From Aquirhabdus sp. (GTDB lineage Bacteria > Pseudomonadota > Gammaproteobacteria > Pseudomonadales > Moraxellaceae), in assembly GCA_030151145.1 (NCBI GenBank), contig JASLEL010000374.1, positions 1 to 39,369 on the forward strand: 39,369 nucleotides of DNA, written 5' to 3'. Of this stretch, positions 11,116 through 20,202 are shown one piece after another. Within the stretch, counting starts at the first letter, position 1, and each line of letters begins with the position of its first letter. Below the pieces are notes generated by a model. The model was not told where the DNA came from. It did not search any database and was given only the letters and a program-made list of their open reading frames with translations. The translations under genes were made by a program, and so were the position numbers.

Positions 11116-12099
11116 TTATTTCAGCCGTTCGGCAGCCAGCACGGCCAGATCGATCAATGCCTGCTTGTAGATGGAGTCGGGCAGGGGGGCGAGCGCGGCA
11201 ATGGCACGGGCGGTCTCTTCGCCGGCACGGGTATGGCAGTAGTCGAGTCCGCCACTGGTCTTGACCAGGTGAATGATCCGATCAAGGTCATCGAGTCCAC
11301 CGGTCTGGATACTGCGGCGGATCATGGCCTGATCGTCACCACTGACACGCAGTAGCGTCGCGATGAGCGGCAGGGTGGGCTTGCCTTCGGCGAGGTCGTC
11401 ACCGATGTTCTTGCCCAAGGTGGCGGCATCGGAGGTGTAGTCGAGGATATCGTCGATGATCTGGAAGGCATTACCGAAGTGCTCGGCATAGGTCTTGAGC
11501 GGTGCGCGTAAGTCTTCGGCGTCGCACAGCAGCGCAGCGCCTTCGGTCGCGAGCATAAACAGCCGCGAGGTCTTGCCATAGATGATTTGGAGGTAGTCGG
11601 CTTCGGTCGAGTCGGGATTGTGCTGATGCTGGAGTTGCAGCACTTCACCTTCGGCGATCTCGCAGGTGCCGCTCGACATGATGTGCAGCAGCTCCAAGTC
11701 TTTGAGGCTCACGAGCAGGTCAAAGGCGCGGGCGATCAGATAGTCGCCGACGAGCACGGCGGTGGGATTGTTCCATGTGGCATTGGCGGTCGGGCGGCCG
11801 CGGCGCAGGCCGGATTCATCTACGACATCGTCATGCACGAGCGTTGCGGTGTGCAGCATCTCGATGATGGCGGCGAATTTGAGGTGCTGATTGTCATGAT
11901 GGGCTTCAGTCCCAAAGCCTGCGGCGCGGGCAGCGAGCAGGGACATCAGCGGGCGCATGCGTTTGCCGCCGGCTTCGACCACATAGCGGCTCACTTGCAG
12001 CACGAGCGGTACTTTGGAGTTGATCCCGGTCTGGATAAAGTGATCCATGGCGGTAAAGTCCGACGCCACAGGATGAAGGATCTGGTTAAACTCAGCCAT
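11116..12099 (-). CDS. ispB: All-trans polyprenyl diphosphate synthase (IspB/SdsA)
   Basis: GGKRMRP, HTATLVHDDVVD..LRRG (FARM), FQIIDDILD (SARM), GDDLAEGKPT; probable start MAEF at 12099; divergent from rplU. Confidence 0.92.
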   Translation of the reverse strand: MAEFNQILHPVASDFTAMDHFIQTGINSKVPLVLQVSRYVVEAGGKRMRPLMSLLAARAAGFGTEAHHDNQHLKFAAIIEMLHTATLVHDDVVDESGLRRGRPTANATWNNPTAVLVGDYLIARAFDLLVSLKDLELLHIMSSGTCEIAEGEVLQLQHQHNPDSTEADYLQIIYGKTSRLFMLATEGAALLCDAEDLRAPLKTYAEHFGNAFQIIDDILDYTSDAATLGKNIGDDLAEGKPTLPLIATLLRVSGDDQAMIRRSIQTGGLDDLDRIIHLVKTSGGLDYCHTRAGEETARAIAALAPLPDSIYKQALIDLAVLAAERLK

Positions 12100-12345
12100 G
12101 CTACACGCAACCTTATAGACCATCAGGCCAAAGCAGCCTGAATCAACGATCAAAAACGAGAAGATCAAAAATGAGATATCAATGGCTCCACATGCTAGCG
12201 GGGAGATGGGCGCGCCGCTACCCCAATGCAGGCAATTTCGGCTAAAAAAACGTAAAAAAGCAGACGGCTGGCGCGGGAGTGGTTGCGGATTAAACTTTCG
12301 ATTAAATATTGAGCGGAAAATGCTGCGAATTTGCACACAAATCGC

Positions 12346-12380
12346 TTGTCCTGTCCGCGCAAAATCACTACAATGCGCGG
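12346..12380 (+). promoter_or_regulatory. sigma70 promoter of rplU-rpmA with GC-rich discriminator
   Basis: TTGTCC-17 nt-TACAAT followed by GCGCGG, typical of stringently controlled promoters. Confidence 0.65.
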
Positions 12381-12472
12381 TCTGATGATTTTGTATCAGC
12401 CCAGTGACGTTGGTCTGAAGCCCTGTACATGTGTACCGGCACCACGAACACGGGTTAGCGCGAGTATGTAAA

Positions 12473-12790
12473 ATGAGTGCATATGCAGTAATTCAAAGCG
12501 GTGGCAAACAGCATCGCGTAACCGTTGGCGAGTACCTGAAAGTTGAACTGCTGCGTGCAGAAACTGGTGCAACGCTGACCGACGAAAACGTACTGATGGT
12601 TGTCGATGGTGACAACATCCAGATCGGTGCGCCAACTGTAGCCGGTGCTAAAGTGAGTTTTGAGATCCTGCGTCATGGCCGTCATGACAAGATCCGTATC
12701 GTTAAGCACCGTCGTCGTAAGCACTACCACAAAGAGCAAGGTCATCGCCAGTGGTTCACCGAAATCAAAATTACTGCTATTTCCCTGTAA
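12473..12790 (+). CDS. rplU: 50S ribosomal protein L21
   Basis: [31 protein letters not shown]. Confidence 0.97.
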   Translation: MSAYAVIQSGGKQHRVTVGEYLKVELLRAETGATLTDENVLMVVDGDNIQIGAPTVAGAKVSFEILRHGRHDKIRIVKHRRRKHYHKEQGHRQWFTEIKITAISL

Positions 12791-12834
12791 TTTTAGATTT
12801 TTAACGTTTAATTTAGCTTGAGGAGTTAATACTC

Positions 12835-13098
12835 ATGGCACATAAAAAAGCTGGTGGATCAACCCGTAACGGTCGCGATTCCAATCCTAAGATGCTGGGT
12901 GTGAAAGTCTACGGCGGTCAAAAAATCGTTGCTGGCAACATCATCGTTCGTCAACGCGGTACTGAATTCCATGCCGGTACTAACGTTGGTATGGGCCGTG
13001 ACCACACCCTGTTTGCAACTGCTGACTGTATCGTTCTCTTTTCAGTCAAAGGTGCTTTCGGTCGTCGCTACGTGATCGTTGATCAGGTCGAAGCCTAA
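12835..13098 (+). CDS. rpmA: 50S ribosomal protein L27
   Basis: [24 protein letters not shown]; strong GAGGAG Shine-Dalgarno. Confidence 0.97.
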   Translation: MAHKKAGGSTRNGRDSNPKMLGVKVYGGQKIVAGNIIVRQRGTEFHAGTNVGMGRDHTLFATADCIVLFSVKGAFGRRYVIVDQVEA

Positions 13099-13158
13099 GC
13101 CTTTGCGTTGTATCTGGCGCTATCTTGTGAGTTTAGCTGCCTGATACAAACATGAAAG

Positions 13159-13183
13159 AATCCGCCACTTGGCGGATTTTTTT
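13159..13183 (+). terminator. Intrinsic terminator of rplU-rpmA
   Basis: aatccgcca-ct-tggcggatt followed by a T run. Confidence 0.85.
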
Positions 13184-13286
13184 ATTGGGTTTATGCTGTG
13201 ATCCAGTCTGGAAAATCCTTTGGCATCGGGTCGCAGGTCCGGGTCTATGCCAAGCGGGTGTAGAAACATGGATGGGAGATCGCAGC

Positions 13287-13589
13287 ATGACTGAAGTCAA
13301 ATATCCGGTGATTCTGGTGTTAACTGATCTGTCTGAGACGGTGGTTCGGGTTGAGCCGGGCCGTCAGGTGGTACTGGGTGAGGGTGATATCTTTGCACTG
13401 GTTGAGTCTTTTGCAAACGATATCACAGGGATCGCCGTGTGTAACCGACACGTCAATGAGGGCTTGATCGAAGCACTGCCCAATCTTGCGCGCATCGCTT
13501 GCTATGGCACGGATAAAGGCATGGTCGATATAGCGGCGGCTGAGGCGCACGGGATCGAGGTGACGTATACGCCCATGCATCATGGGTGA
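13287..13589 (+). CDS. 100-aa stand-alone N-terminal (substrate-binding) segment of a D-2-hydroxyacid dehydrogenase; truncated paralog of 15082..16017
   Basis: GGAG Shine-Dalgarno; ungapped alignment with the downstream dehydrogenase, 52/96 identical by hand count; stops just after YTP (equivalent to NTP). Confidence 0.7.
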   Translation: MTEVKYPVILVLTDLSETVVRVEPGRQVVLGEGDIFALVESFANDITGIAVCNRHVNEGLIEALPNLARIACYGTDKGMVDIAAAEAHGIEVTYTPMHHG

Positions 13590-13620
13590 TAAAAATCCGC
13601 CGATTGGCGGATTTTTATCA
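13587..13620. terminator. Bidirectional intrinsic terminator
   Basis: Perfect 15-bp stem tgataaaaatccgcc-gatt-ggcggatttttatca between convergent ORFs. Confidence 0.85.
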
Positions 13621-13627
13621 GATGACT

Positions 13628-14620
13628 TTAAGCAAGAGGATGGCGCGGCAGGTATTGTTGCAGGAACAGATTGCTCACATTGGGATTGCCCGTGCTGAGA
13701 TCGCGTTGACTGGCAAAGGCCGCTTGCCATTGTCGATAGCGTTCAACCGTGACGAGTTCAGTCAGTGTCCGACGAGCCGCCTGTAGCTGTGATGGTGGCA
13801 GAAAGTGATACACACGGTGAGATATCCGGTTGCCGCCGAGCATGGTCACATGTTCGTTAATCGCATGACGGTTGCTAGCCCAACTGACACTCGGATAGGG
13901 CACTTGTGGATAACAAAAATCCAGTGTCGATGGTTCTGGGCGTAGGCGGTCCGAGTAGATCACCTCATAAGCACCCGTGAGCCAGATAAATAACTGGGCC
14001 TGCCAATGCGGACAGTCGATGGCAGCTACGGAGTCGAGCCACGGTCCGATCTGGGTTGGGTGTAAGTATTTCAGGCAAAAGAACATACTGGCAGAGAAAT
14101 CGCCGCTGGTATGCTGCCAGTAGAGCTCTGGGCGTCGATGGCTGCAATAGTCATGCAGTATGGTGCCATGGATGACCCGATCCTGTTGCCAAAACGCGGG
14201 GTCCATCAAGACTTGCCCAAGCGTGTTCAACAGGTCAGTCATGAAATCGGGATAGGGCTCTTGATCATCGATTTCAGGGTAAGTGGCCATCACGCCACTG
14301 ATCTGATGTTCCAGTAAATAATGAACATATTGCTCATGGCTGCGCGAGATGCTGTGGACCAGCAGATAATGAAACCACTCATCCCATTCGGGCCTGTAGC
14401 CAAAGCACTGCGGCCCGCTGACGGCTTCATCCAGGACCTTTTGAATTTGATTAAGCGGGACTTGCGGTAAGTCCCCCATGAGTTCGTGAAAGAAGCGGCG
14501 TTTTTCACTCATAAACCACGCTTCGCCCATGGCGCGCTTGGGGCGGGGAAAGTGAGATTTTAGGCGTGACAATGCCGCCTGATCAGGGCCGTGACCGGGA
14601 GTCCATACAAAATTTTCCAT
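13628..14620 (-). CDS. Hypothetical protein (about 330 aa, Trp/His-rich, probably alpha-helical)
   Basis: Long ORF ending at a terminator; start uncertain (ATG 14620 or TTG 14641); no motif recognised. Confidence 0.65.
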   Translation of the reverse strand: MENFVWTPGHGPDQAALSRLKSHFPRPKRAMGEAWFMSEKRRFFHELMGDLPQVPLNQIQKVLDEAVSGPQCFGYRPEWDEWFHYLLVHSISRSHEQYVHYLLEHQISGVMATYPEIDDQEPYPDFMTDLLNTLGQVLMDPAFWQQDRVIHGTILHDYCSHRRPELYWQHTSGDFSASMFFCLKYLHPTQIGPWLDSVAAIDCPHWQAQLFIWLTGAYEVIYSDRLRPEPSTLDFCYPQVPYPSVSWASNRHAINEHVTMLGGNRISHRVYHFLPPSQLQAARRTLTELVTVERYRQWQAAFASQRDLSTGNPNVSNLFLQQYLPRHPLA

Positions 14621-14755
14621 AGATAGAAAAGAAACGCGCAAAGGCGTTAGAGAAGGGAGCGCTCAGTTTAGCAAAAAATATGACTGATTTCAGTGCGCTG
14701 ATCTGTGTCCCCAGCACCGAATCGCTGTGCTCGGGGATGAATGATCAAAAACAGC

Positions 14756-14896
14756 TTAGGGGTGTTTATGAGGCGTAGCCGTGTCCTGCATATCCTGCTC
14801 CTCTGCGCCGGTCGGATATTTGGCCGTGAGATCCGCGTGTGCATAGAGTGGGGCACAGATAGCGAGCATCATCGCAAACGCTGGTTTGAGAGTCAT
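14756..14896 (-). CDS. Possible 46-aa exported peptide or gene remnant
   Basis: MTLKPAFAMMLAICAPLYAHA-DLTAKYPTGAEEQDMQDTATPHKHP: signal-peptide-like N-terminus with an AHA cleavage site; below the ORF-track cutoff; weak Shine-Dalgarno. Confidence 0.35.
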   Translation of the reverse strand: MTLKPAFAMMLAICAPLYAHADLTAKYPTGAEEQDMQDTATPHKHP

Positions 14897-15081
14897 GGAG
14901 GGGCCTGATTTTGCATCATGTGATGATCCGTGATCTTATCCTAAGACCATGACATCTCAAAATAATCACAGATGGTTGTTGCAAATCAACAAACCCTTTA
15001 CAAAGCCTACCGAAACCATCTAGTCAGTCGACTTGCGCACGCGGTATGGTGTTTTGAATGCATTCTATGGAGCGTGCTCTG

Positions 15082-16017
15082 ATGGCAACGGTCGAAAATC
15101 CTGTGATTCTGGTGCTGGGTGATTTATCCGAAGTCGTGACCCGCTTTGAGGCCAATTATCGTGTCGTAGTCGGTGAGGACGATGTGCCGTCGCAGATCGC
15201 ATCGTTTGCCGAGGAGGTCGCGGTGATCGCTGTGCGCGGTCGTGCAGTCAATAACGCGCTGATCGCCAGTCTGCCCAACCTTGCCCTGATTGCCTGCTAT
15301 GGTGTGGGCTATGACCAGATCGATGTCGCAGCCGCGACAGCCCGTGGCATCATCGTCACCAATACCCCCGACATCCTGACCGATGAGGTGGCGGACTTTA
15401 CGGTTGGACTCGTGCTGGCGACCCTGCGGCAGATCCCGCAGGCGGATCGTTATCTGCGCTCAGGCGAGTGGGTCAATCATGCCTATCCGCTCTCGACGTC
15501 ACTGCGCAACCGCAAGGTCGGGATCTTGGGGCTGGGGCGCATCGGACAGGCCATCGCCCAGCGCCTCGCGGCCTTTGAGGTGCCGATCCACTACCATAAC
15601 CGGCATAAAGTGGATGTGCCCTATACCTATCAGCCGGATCTGCTGGCATTGGCGACAGCGGTGGATGTGCTGATCGTCACGGTGCCGGGTGGGGAGGCGA
15701 CGTTGCATCTGGTGAATGCAGAGGTGCTGCTCGCGCTGGGGGTGAATGGGATTCTGATCAATGTGTCGCGGGGCTCGGTGGTGGATCAGATAGCGTTGAT
15801 CGAGGCGCTACAGCACGAGACGATTCTGGCTGCGGGTCTGGATGTGTATGCCCATGAACCCAAGGTGCCCGAGGCGCTGCTGGCATTCCCCAATACGGTC
15901 CTGACTCCGCATATTGCCTCCGGTACGGTGTATACCCGCACGCGCATGATGGCGCTCCTGCTGGATAATCTGACAGCGTGGCTGGATGAGGGCAAGGTCC
16001 TGACACCAGTACAGTAG
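15082..16017 (+). CDS. D-isomer 2-hydroxyacid dehydrogenase (GhrB/HPPR-like)
   Basis: YGVGYD, VTNTPD, GILGLGRIG (Rossmann), NVSRG, GLDVYAHEP, TPHIAS. Confidence 0.92.
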   Translation: MATVENPVILVLGDLSEVVTRFEANYRVVVGEDDVPSQIASFAEEVAVIAVRGRAVNNALIASLPNLALIACYGVGYDQIDVAAATARGIIVTNTPDILTDEVADFTVGLVLATLRQIPQADRYLRSGEWVNHAYPLSTSLRNRKVGILGLGRIGQAIAQRLAAFEVPIHYHNRHKVDVPYTYQPDLLALATAVDVLIVTVPGGEATLHLVNAEVLLALGVNGILINVSRGSVVDQIALIEALQHETILAAGLDVYAHEPKVPEALLAFPNTVLTPHIASGTVYTRTRMMALLLDNLTAWLDEGKVLTPVQ

Positions 16018-16082
16018 ACTGCGGCTGTCAGGTGAGTGACACATTCAAGGGGCTGTTTCGTTGTTCAGATTCAGGCTTAAAC

Positions 16083-16111
16083 AAAAAAATCCGCACAAAG
16101 GCGGATTTTTT
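16083..16111. terminator. Bidirectional intrinsic terminator
   Basis: aaaaaaatccgc-acaaag-gcggatttttt between convergent genes. Confidence 0.8.
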
Positions 16112-16129
16112 GATTTAAAGAAGGAGTGA

Positions 16130-16783
16130 TTATTTCTTGTCAGTGCCGTAGAGCGGGGAACGTGGACCATAGAGCAGACCCGTGGACGATGCGGGTGAGA
16201 GTAGGCGCTGACTCGTCATCTGGGCGATTGGATAGCCACTATCGCCGACACTGTGGATTAACTGCTTGACCACGGCAGCCACGAGGATGCCAGCGATGCC
16301 GCCGCCATTGTTCTGGCCTTCGGCACTGGAGGCGGTTGCCTGACCTTTCCACAGCGATACCCCTGTGCGGGCATCTACCAGCTCGGCTTTGGCTGTCACG
16401 ATCACGTTGGACTGGATGACCATATAGACCGATCCGTATTTCTCAACGCTGATATACAGCACCGAGTCGGCACCAAAGATCTGCTGTAGCTTGGGCAGTG
16501 GCGTCTGACGGATATCGCCGGGATTTTGCAGGCCGTTTTCTTTAAAGGTTTTTTCGACGACAGCGACAGGGAATACATAGTAGCCCGCTTCTGCCAGTGG
16601 TGCGGTGACGGTAGACAGGACGCTGTAGCTCGCGCGGACGTCGGTGCTGTTATTCACAGGTGGCAGGACCAGGATGGATTTGGGATGTGCCTGCCGGAAA
16701 GCGGTGTAATCCGCTGCAGGCTTGGTCGCACAGCCACTCAGCAGTGTCGTTGCGGTCAGCAGCGCAAGCGCGATTTTTTTCAT
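16130..16783 (-). CDS. DUF799/GNA1162-family lipoprotein
   Basis: Lipobox LSGC; PKSILVLPPVN; PLAEAGYYVFP; GLLYGPRSP. Confidence 0.8.
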   Translation of the reverse strand: MKKIALALLTATTLLSGCATKPAADYTAFRQAHPKSILVLPPVNNSTDVRASYSVLSTVTAPLAEAGYYVFPVAVVEKTFKENGLQNPGDIRQTPLPKLQQIFGADSVLYISVEKYGSVYMVIQSNVIVTAKAELVDARTGVSLWKGQATASSAEGQNNGGGIAGILVAAVVKQLIHSVGDSGYPIAQMTSQRLLSPASSTGLLYGPRSPLYGTDKK

Positions 16784-17145
16784 TGCGTGACTCCGGTTTT
16801 GGGCTGCAGTTGTTGCATGAGCAGATCCATATAGGTGCCTGACTCGGGGTATTGCTCTTTTTCCAGCTCGAACTGCTGCTGGGCATTGTCTTTTTTGCCG
16901 GTTAAGGCATAGAGATAGCCGAGCTGGGCATGGAAGCCGGGAGGCACGGGTCTGTTGGCGGCATTGGCTTTTACGGCATCCGCTTCGAGTTTTTCGATCT
17001 GGCTATCATTCGGATATTTTTCCGGCGTGACATACGCGCCGTGGATCTGGTCCTGATAGCTGCCCCAGTAGTACAGTGGCTTGGGGGCACAGCCGGTGAC
17101 GAGCACTGCGGTGAGCCCCATGCAAAGGGTATTTAAGGTTTTCAA
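16780..17145 (-). CDS. DUF4810-family lipoprotein (TPR-like)
   Basis: Lipobox VTGC; LYYWGSY; VPPGFHAQLG; EKEQYPES; TTG start; ATGA overlap with the next gene. Confidence 0.8.
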   Translation of the reverse strand: MKTLNTLCMGLTAVLVTGCAPKPLYYWGSYQDQIHGAYVTPEKYPNDSQIEKLEADAVKANAANRPVPPGFHAQLGYLYALTGKKDNAQQQFELEKEQYPESGTYMDLLMQQLQPKTGVTQ

Positions 17146-17162
17146 AGTGATCTTCCGTGAAA

Positions 17163-17828
17163 TCAGTTGGCGGGTTTAAACGTACCGTTGTCGATGTCGG
17201 CAACCAGTTTATTGACGGCATCGCGTATCGCAAGATCCAGCACTTTGCCATTTAAGGTCGAATCGTAGCTGGCAGTACCGCCAAAGCCGATGATCTCGCG
17301 ATTGCTCAGAGAAAACTCGCCAGCCCCTTGGGTCGAATAGGCGACTTGCGAGGTCTGGGGATTCACAATATTGAGCGTGACCTTGGCGTAGGCGATCTGG
17401 GCTTTGCCATGACCTAAAATGCCGAAGAGCTGTTCGTCGCCGACTTCTTTGCGGCCAAACTCGGTCACATCACCGGTGATAATCAGGTTGGCTGCCTTGA
17501 CGGATTGCGTGCCGCCAGCAAAAGCCATTTCTTGCTTGGCCTCAGCCAGATTTTCGCGGTCCAGGACATCGAAGTGTCTGGATTGCTGCAGATGGGCCTT
17601 GAGGATGGTCTTGGCCTGACTACCCAACCGGTCTGTGGTGTCGGCAAAGATACCGGTCATATAAGCCGAGTGATTATCAAATTTGCCAATCGAGACCGCA
17701 GTACGTGGACCTGCATAGTTGGATACGGCGGCAGCAACTTGAGGCGTAGCCACCACGCGCGAACTTTCGGTTGCGCATCCACCCAGTGCGGCAGCGGAGA
17801 TCGCAGTCAGAACAAGCAATTTTTTCAC
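17163..17828 (-). CDS. CsgG/HfaB-family lipoprotein
   Basis: Probable GTG start at 17828 (AGGA Shine-Dalgarno); lipobox LGGC; FDVLDRENL; ITGDVTEFGRK. Confidence 0.8.
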   Translation of the reverse strand: MKKLLVLTAISAAALGGCATESSRVVATPQVAAAVSNYAGPRTAVSIGKFDNHSAYMTGIFADTTDRLGSQAKTILKAHLQQSRHFDVLDRENLAEAKQEMAFAGGTQSVKAANLIITGDVTEFGRKEVGDEQLFGILGHGKAQIAYAKVTLNIVNPQTSQVAYSTQGAGEFSLSNREIIGFGGTASYDSTLNGKVLDLAIRDAVNKLVADIDNGTFKPAN

Positions 17829-18131
17829 GATAGATGGTCCTGGTGTTGTGGATAAATTCCAGTGAATTCTTCTAACTAAAAAGAACATATTTGATACGGA
17901 AGTCTATCCTAATGGGCTTTTTAAGTGGAGATCCCTTTGAACAAATTTATGACCTTGATGGACTTATGGTGGATGGACAGTCAGGCTGTATCCGAAAACG
18001 GTTAAGGATCTATCATTCATCAGGGTCTTGCGTTGGCTTCTGGTAATGCCTGTAGACAACCGTGAGGCTTGTCGACATGATGGCGGGCCGCATGGCGGGT
18101 GAATTACTTTGAAGATCAGGGGATGATAACA

Positions 18132-19178
18132 ATGAAGCAGGTCAGTATGCGTGAACTGATGGTGGGTTTGAGTGTGGCACTGTCGGTCTCTGCATGTGCG
18201 GATCCACATCAGGTGAAGATGCATGAATCACATGAGCATGCGGTGACCAGCAATGAGATCTCGGTCAAGGCGCTGGGCGCGAAGGGTGATGGGCAGAGCG
18301 ATGATACGCCGGCCTTTGTCGTTGCGATTCGTCAGGCCGCCAGTCAGAACGCCACGGTTTATATTCCGGCGGGTGTCTATATGCTGAACAAAATCAGCTT
18401 ACCGTCGCATACCCATCTGCGTGGGGATGGTGCCGCTTCGGTCCTAAAGCCAATGCAAGATGGTGCGCCGGATCTGCTGGATGCGGTGAGCTATAGTCCT
18501 ACGGCAGAGGTATCGGATATCAGTCTGCGACAGCTGCGCTTTCAGGGTAATGCGGTCGGTGCCGGGTTTAATGAATTTAGCCCGTTGCTGCGCCTGATGG
18601 GCGTCCAGCATGTCAGTATTGATCAGTGCCAGTTTGTCGGCTTTCGCGGCGACGGGATTTATCTCGGTGCACAGCGGCAGGGCGCGTATGTACAGCATAA
18701 CCGCGACATCACGATCCGCAATTCGACTTTTGATGGGGTGAATCATCAGAACCGCAATGCCATCAGTGTGATCGACGGGGAAAACATGCTGATCGAGCAT
18801 AATACCTTTATGCATACCAGTCGGGCGGATATGCCGGGGGCGATTGACTTTGAGCCGAATCATCAGGGCTTTGAGGTGGTGCGTAATATCCGCATCCAGC
18901 ACAATCGTTTTAGCGATATTGGCGGTAATTCCGGTGCGATCGTCTTTACCGTGCATGCCAAGGACGTCGAGGTGCCGCCGACGGGTCTGGTGGTGAGTGA
19001 TAACCAGATCGAGGGTGCAGGGACGGGGATCTATGTCGGCTATTCGCGCATGGACGACAAGGTGCAGAAGCCCGTCACGGTGGATATCAAGCTTGATCGT
19101 AATACCATGAGTAACGTCAAGACACCGCTTAAGACTTACAATCTCCAGCCGAATAGCATCCCCGGCGCGAACTTCTAA
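18132..19178 (+). CDS. Exported right-handed parallel beta-helix protein (Pectate_lyase_3-like, putative polysaccharide-active)
   Basis: Signal peptide or lipobox (VSAC); SVKALGAKGDGQSDDT..VYIPAGVY motif; Asn-ladder repeats; PGAIDFEPN. Confidence 0.75.
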   Translation: MKQVSMRELMVGLSVALSVSACADPHQVKMHESHEHAVTSNEISVKALGAKGDGQSDDTPAFVVAIRQAASQNATVYIPAGVYMLNKISLPSHTHLRGDGAASVLKPMQDGAPDLLDAVSYSPTAEVSDISLRQLRFQGNAVGAGFNEFSPLLRLMGVQHVSIDQCQFVGFRGDGIYLGAQRQGAYVQHNRDITIRNSTFDGVNHQNRNAISVIDGENMLIEHNTFMHTSRADMPGAIDFEPNHQGFEVVRNIRIQHNRFSDIGGNSGAIVFTVHAKDVEVPPTGLVVSDNQIEGAGTGIYVGYSRMDDKVQKPVTVDIKLDRNTMSNVKTPLKTYNLQPNSIPGANF

Positions 19179-19205
19179 GTCGCTTCTGACACAGCGGTTC
19201 TGGTG

Positions 19206-19245
19206 AAAAAAAGCGCATAGACGACTACCGTATATGCGCTTTTTT
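19206..19245. terminator. Bidirectional intrinsic terminator
   Basis: aaaaaaagcgcata ... tatgcgctttttt. Confidence 0.8.
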
Positions 19246-19275
19246 ATTCGGTCATGGTGTTGACGGGTTTTGGGG

Positions 19276-20202
19276 TTAGGCGACTTCAGCCAGTGCGGCC
19301 TCGCGGACGGCTTTGAGGTTCAGGTCGGGGTTGCACAGCTCGATGAACTTATAGGCAAAGCCACGCAGCACATGGTTACGCCGTACCGCGATCAGGGTGG
19401 TGTTGTCGCCAAAGAGCGAGGTCTCCAACTGCTGCAGACGGCGATCACGATCCGGGTCAAAGGCAATCGAGGCCACGATGCCGACACCCATGCCGAGCTC
19501 GACATAGGTCTTGATCACGTCGGCATCTAGTGCCGACATCACCACATCGGGCGTCAGATGGGCTTGCTTGAAGGTATCGTCGATCTTGGCGCGTCCGGTA
19601 AAGCCACCATGATAGGTGATCAGCGGCCATTTGGTCAGATCAGCCAGCGTGATGGTCTGCTGCTGGGTCAGCGCGTGGCCTTGTGGCACGATCAGGCTGT
19701 GCTGCCAGTGGTAGTAGGGAAAGGCCACCAGCTGATGATGATTGGTCAGCGATTCGGTGGCGATGCCGATATCGGCGTCTCCCTGTGCCAGCATCTCGGC
19801 GATTTCAACCGGGCTGGCCTGCTGCAGCACGAGGTGCACCTTGGGAAAGAGCTGCTTAAAGCGGGCCACGATCGGCGGCAGCACATAGCGCGCCTGCGTG
19901 TGGGTGGTCGCGATGACCAGTTCGCCTTCGTTGGTGGCGGTAAAGTCGGAGGAGAGACGCTTGATGTTGTCGGCGTCGATCAGCATGCGGTCCACGATGC
20001 CGGCGAGTGCCTGACCGGGCTCGGTCAGACCCAGCAGGCGTTTGCCTTTACGGACGAAGAGCTGCACGCCGAGTTCGTCTTCGAGGTCCTTGATGTGTTT
20101 ACTCACACCGGACTGAGAGGTGTAGAGGGCGGCGGCGGCTTCGGTCAGATTGTATTTCTGACGGATCGTTTCGCGGATGATGCGCAGTTGCTGAAAATTC
20201 AT
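19276..20202 (-). CDS. cbl: CysB-family LysR regulator (Cbl-like)
   Basis: MNFQQLRIIRE..NLTEAA..TSQSGVS; ATTHTQARY; DADVIKTYVELGMGVG; lies downstream of the sulfate ABC genes. Confidence 0.85.
   Translation of the reverse strand: MNFQQLRIIRETIRQKYNLTEAAAALYTSQSGVSKHIKDLEDELGVQLFVRKGKRLLGLTEPGQALAGIVDRMLIDADNIKRLSSDFTATNEGELVIATTHTQARYVLPPIVARFKQLFPKVHLVLQQASPVEIAEMLAQGDADIGIATESLTNHHQLVAFPYYHWQHSLIVPQGHALTQQQTITLADLTKWPLITYHGGFTGRAKIDDTFKQAHLTPDVVMSALDADVIKTYVELGMGVGIVASIAFDPDRDRRLQQLETSLFGDNTTLIAVRRNHVLRGFAYKFIELCNPDLNLKAVREAALAEVA

Noticed and set aside
12100..12336. N-terminal extensions in the ORF track (ispB; also adeI 7795-7938, rlmD 25818-25895, csgG-like 17829-17888, 13152-13286)
   Set aside because: Downstream starts fit family N-termini better and mostly have Shine-Dalgarno sites; the extensions overlap promoter, leader or terminator DNA.
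13221..13235. Possible sigma54 promoter TGGCA...TCGCA before the truncated dehydrogenase
   Set aside because: GG-to-GC spacing is 9 nt, not the required 10.
13099..13290. Absence of obgE after rpmA
   Set aside because: As far as I know rplU-rpmA is unlinked from obgE in Acinetobacter-like genomes, so this is not unusual.
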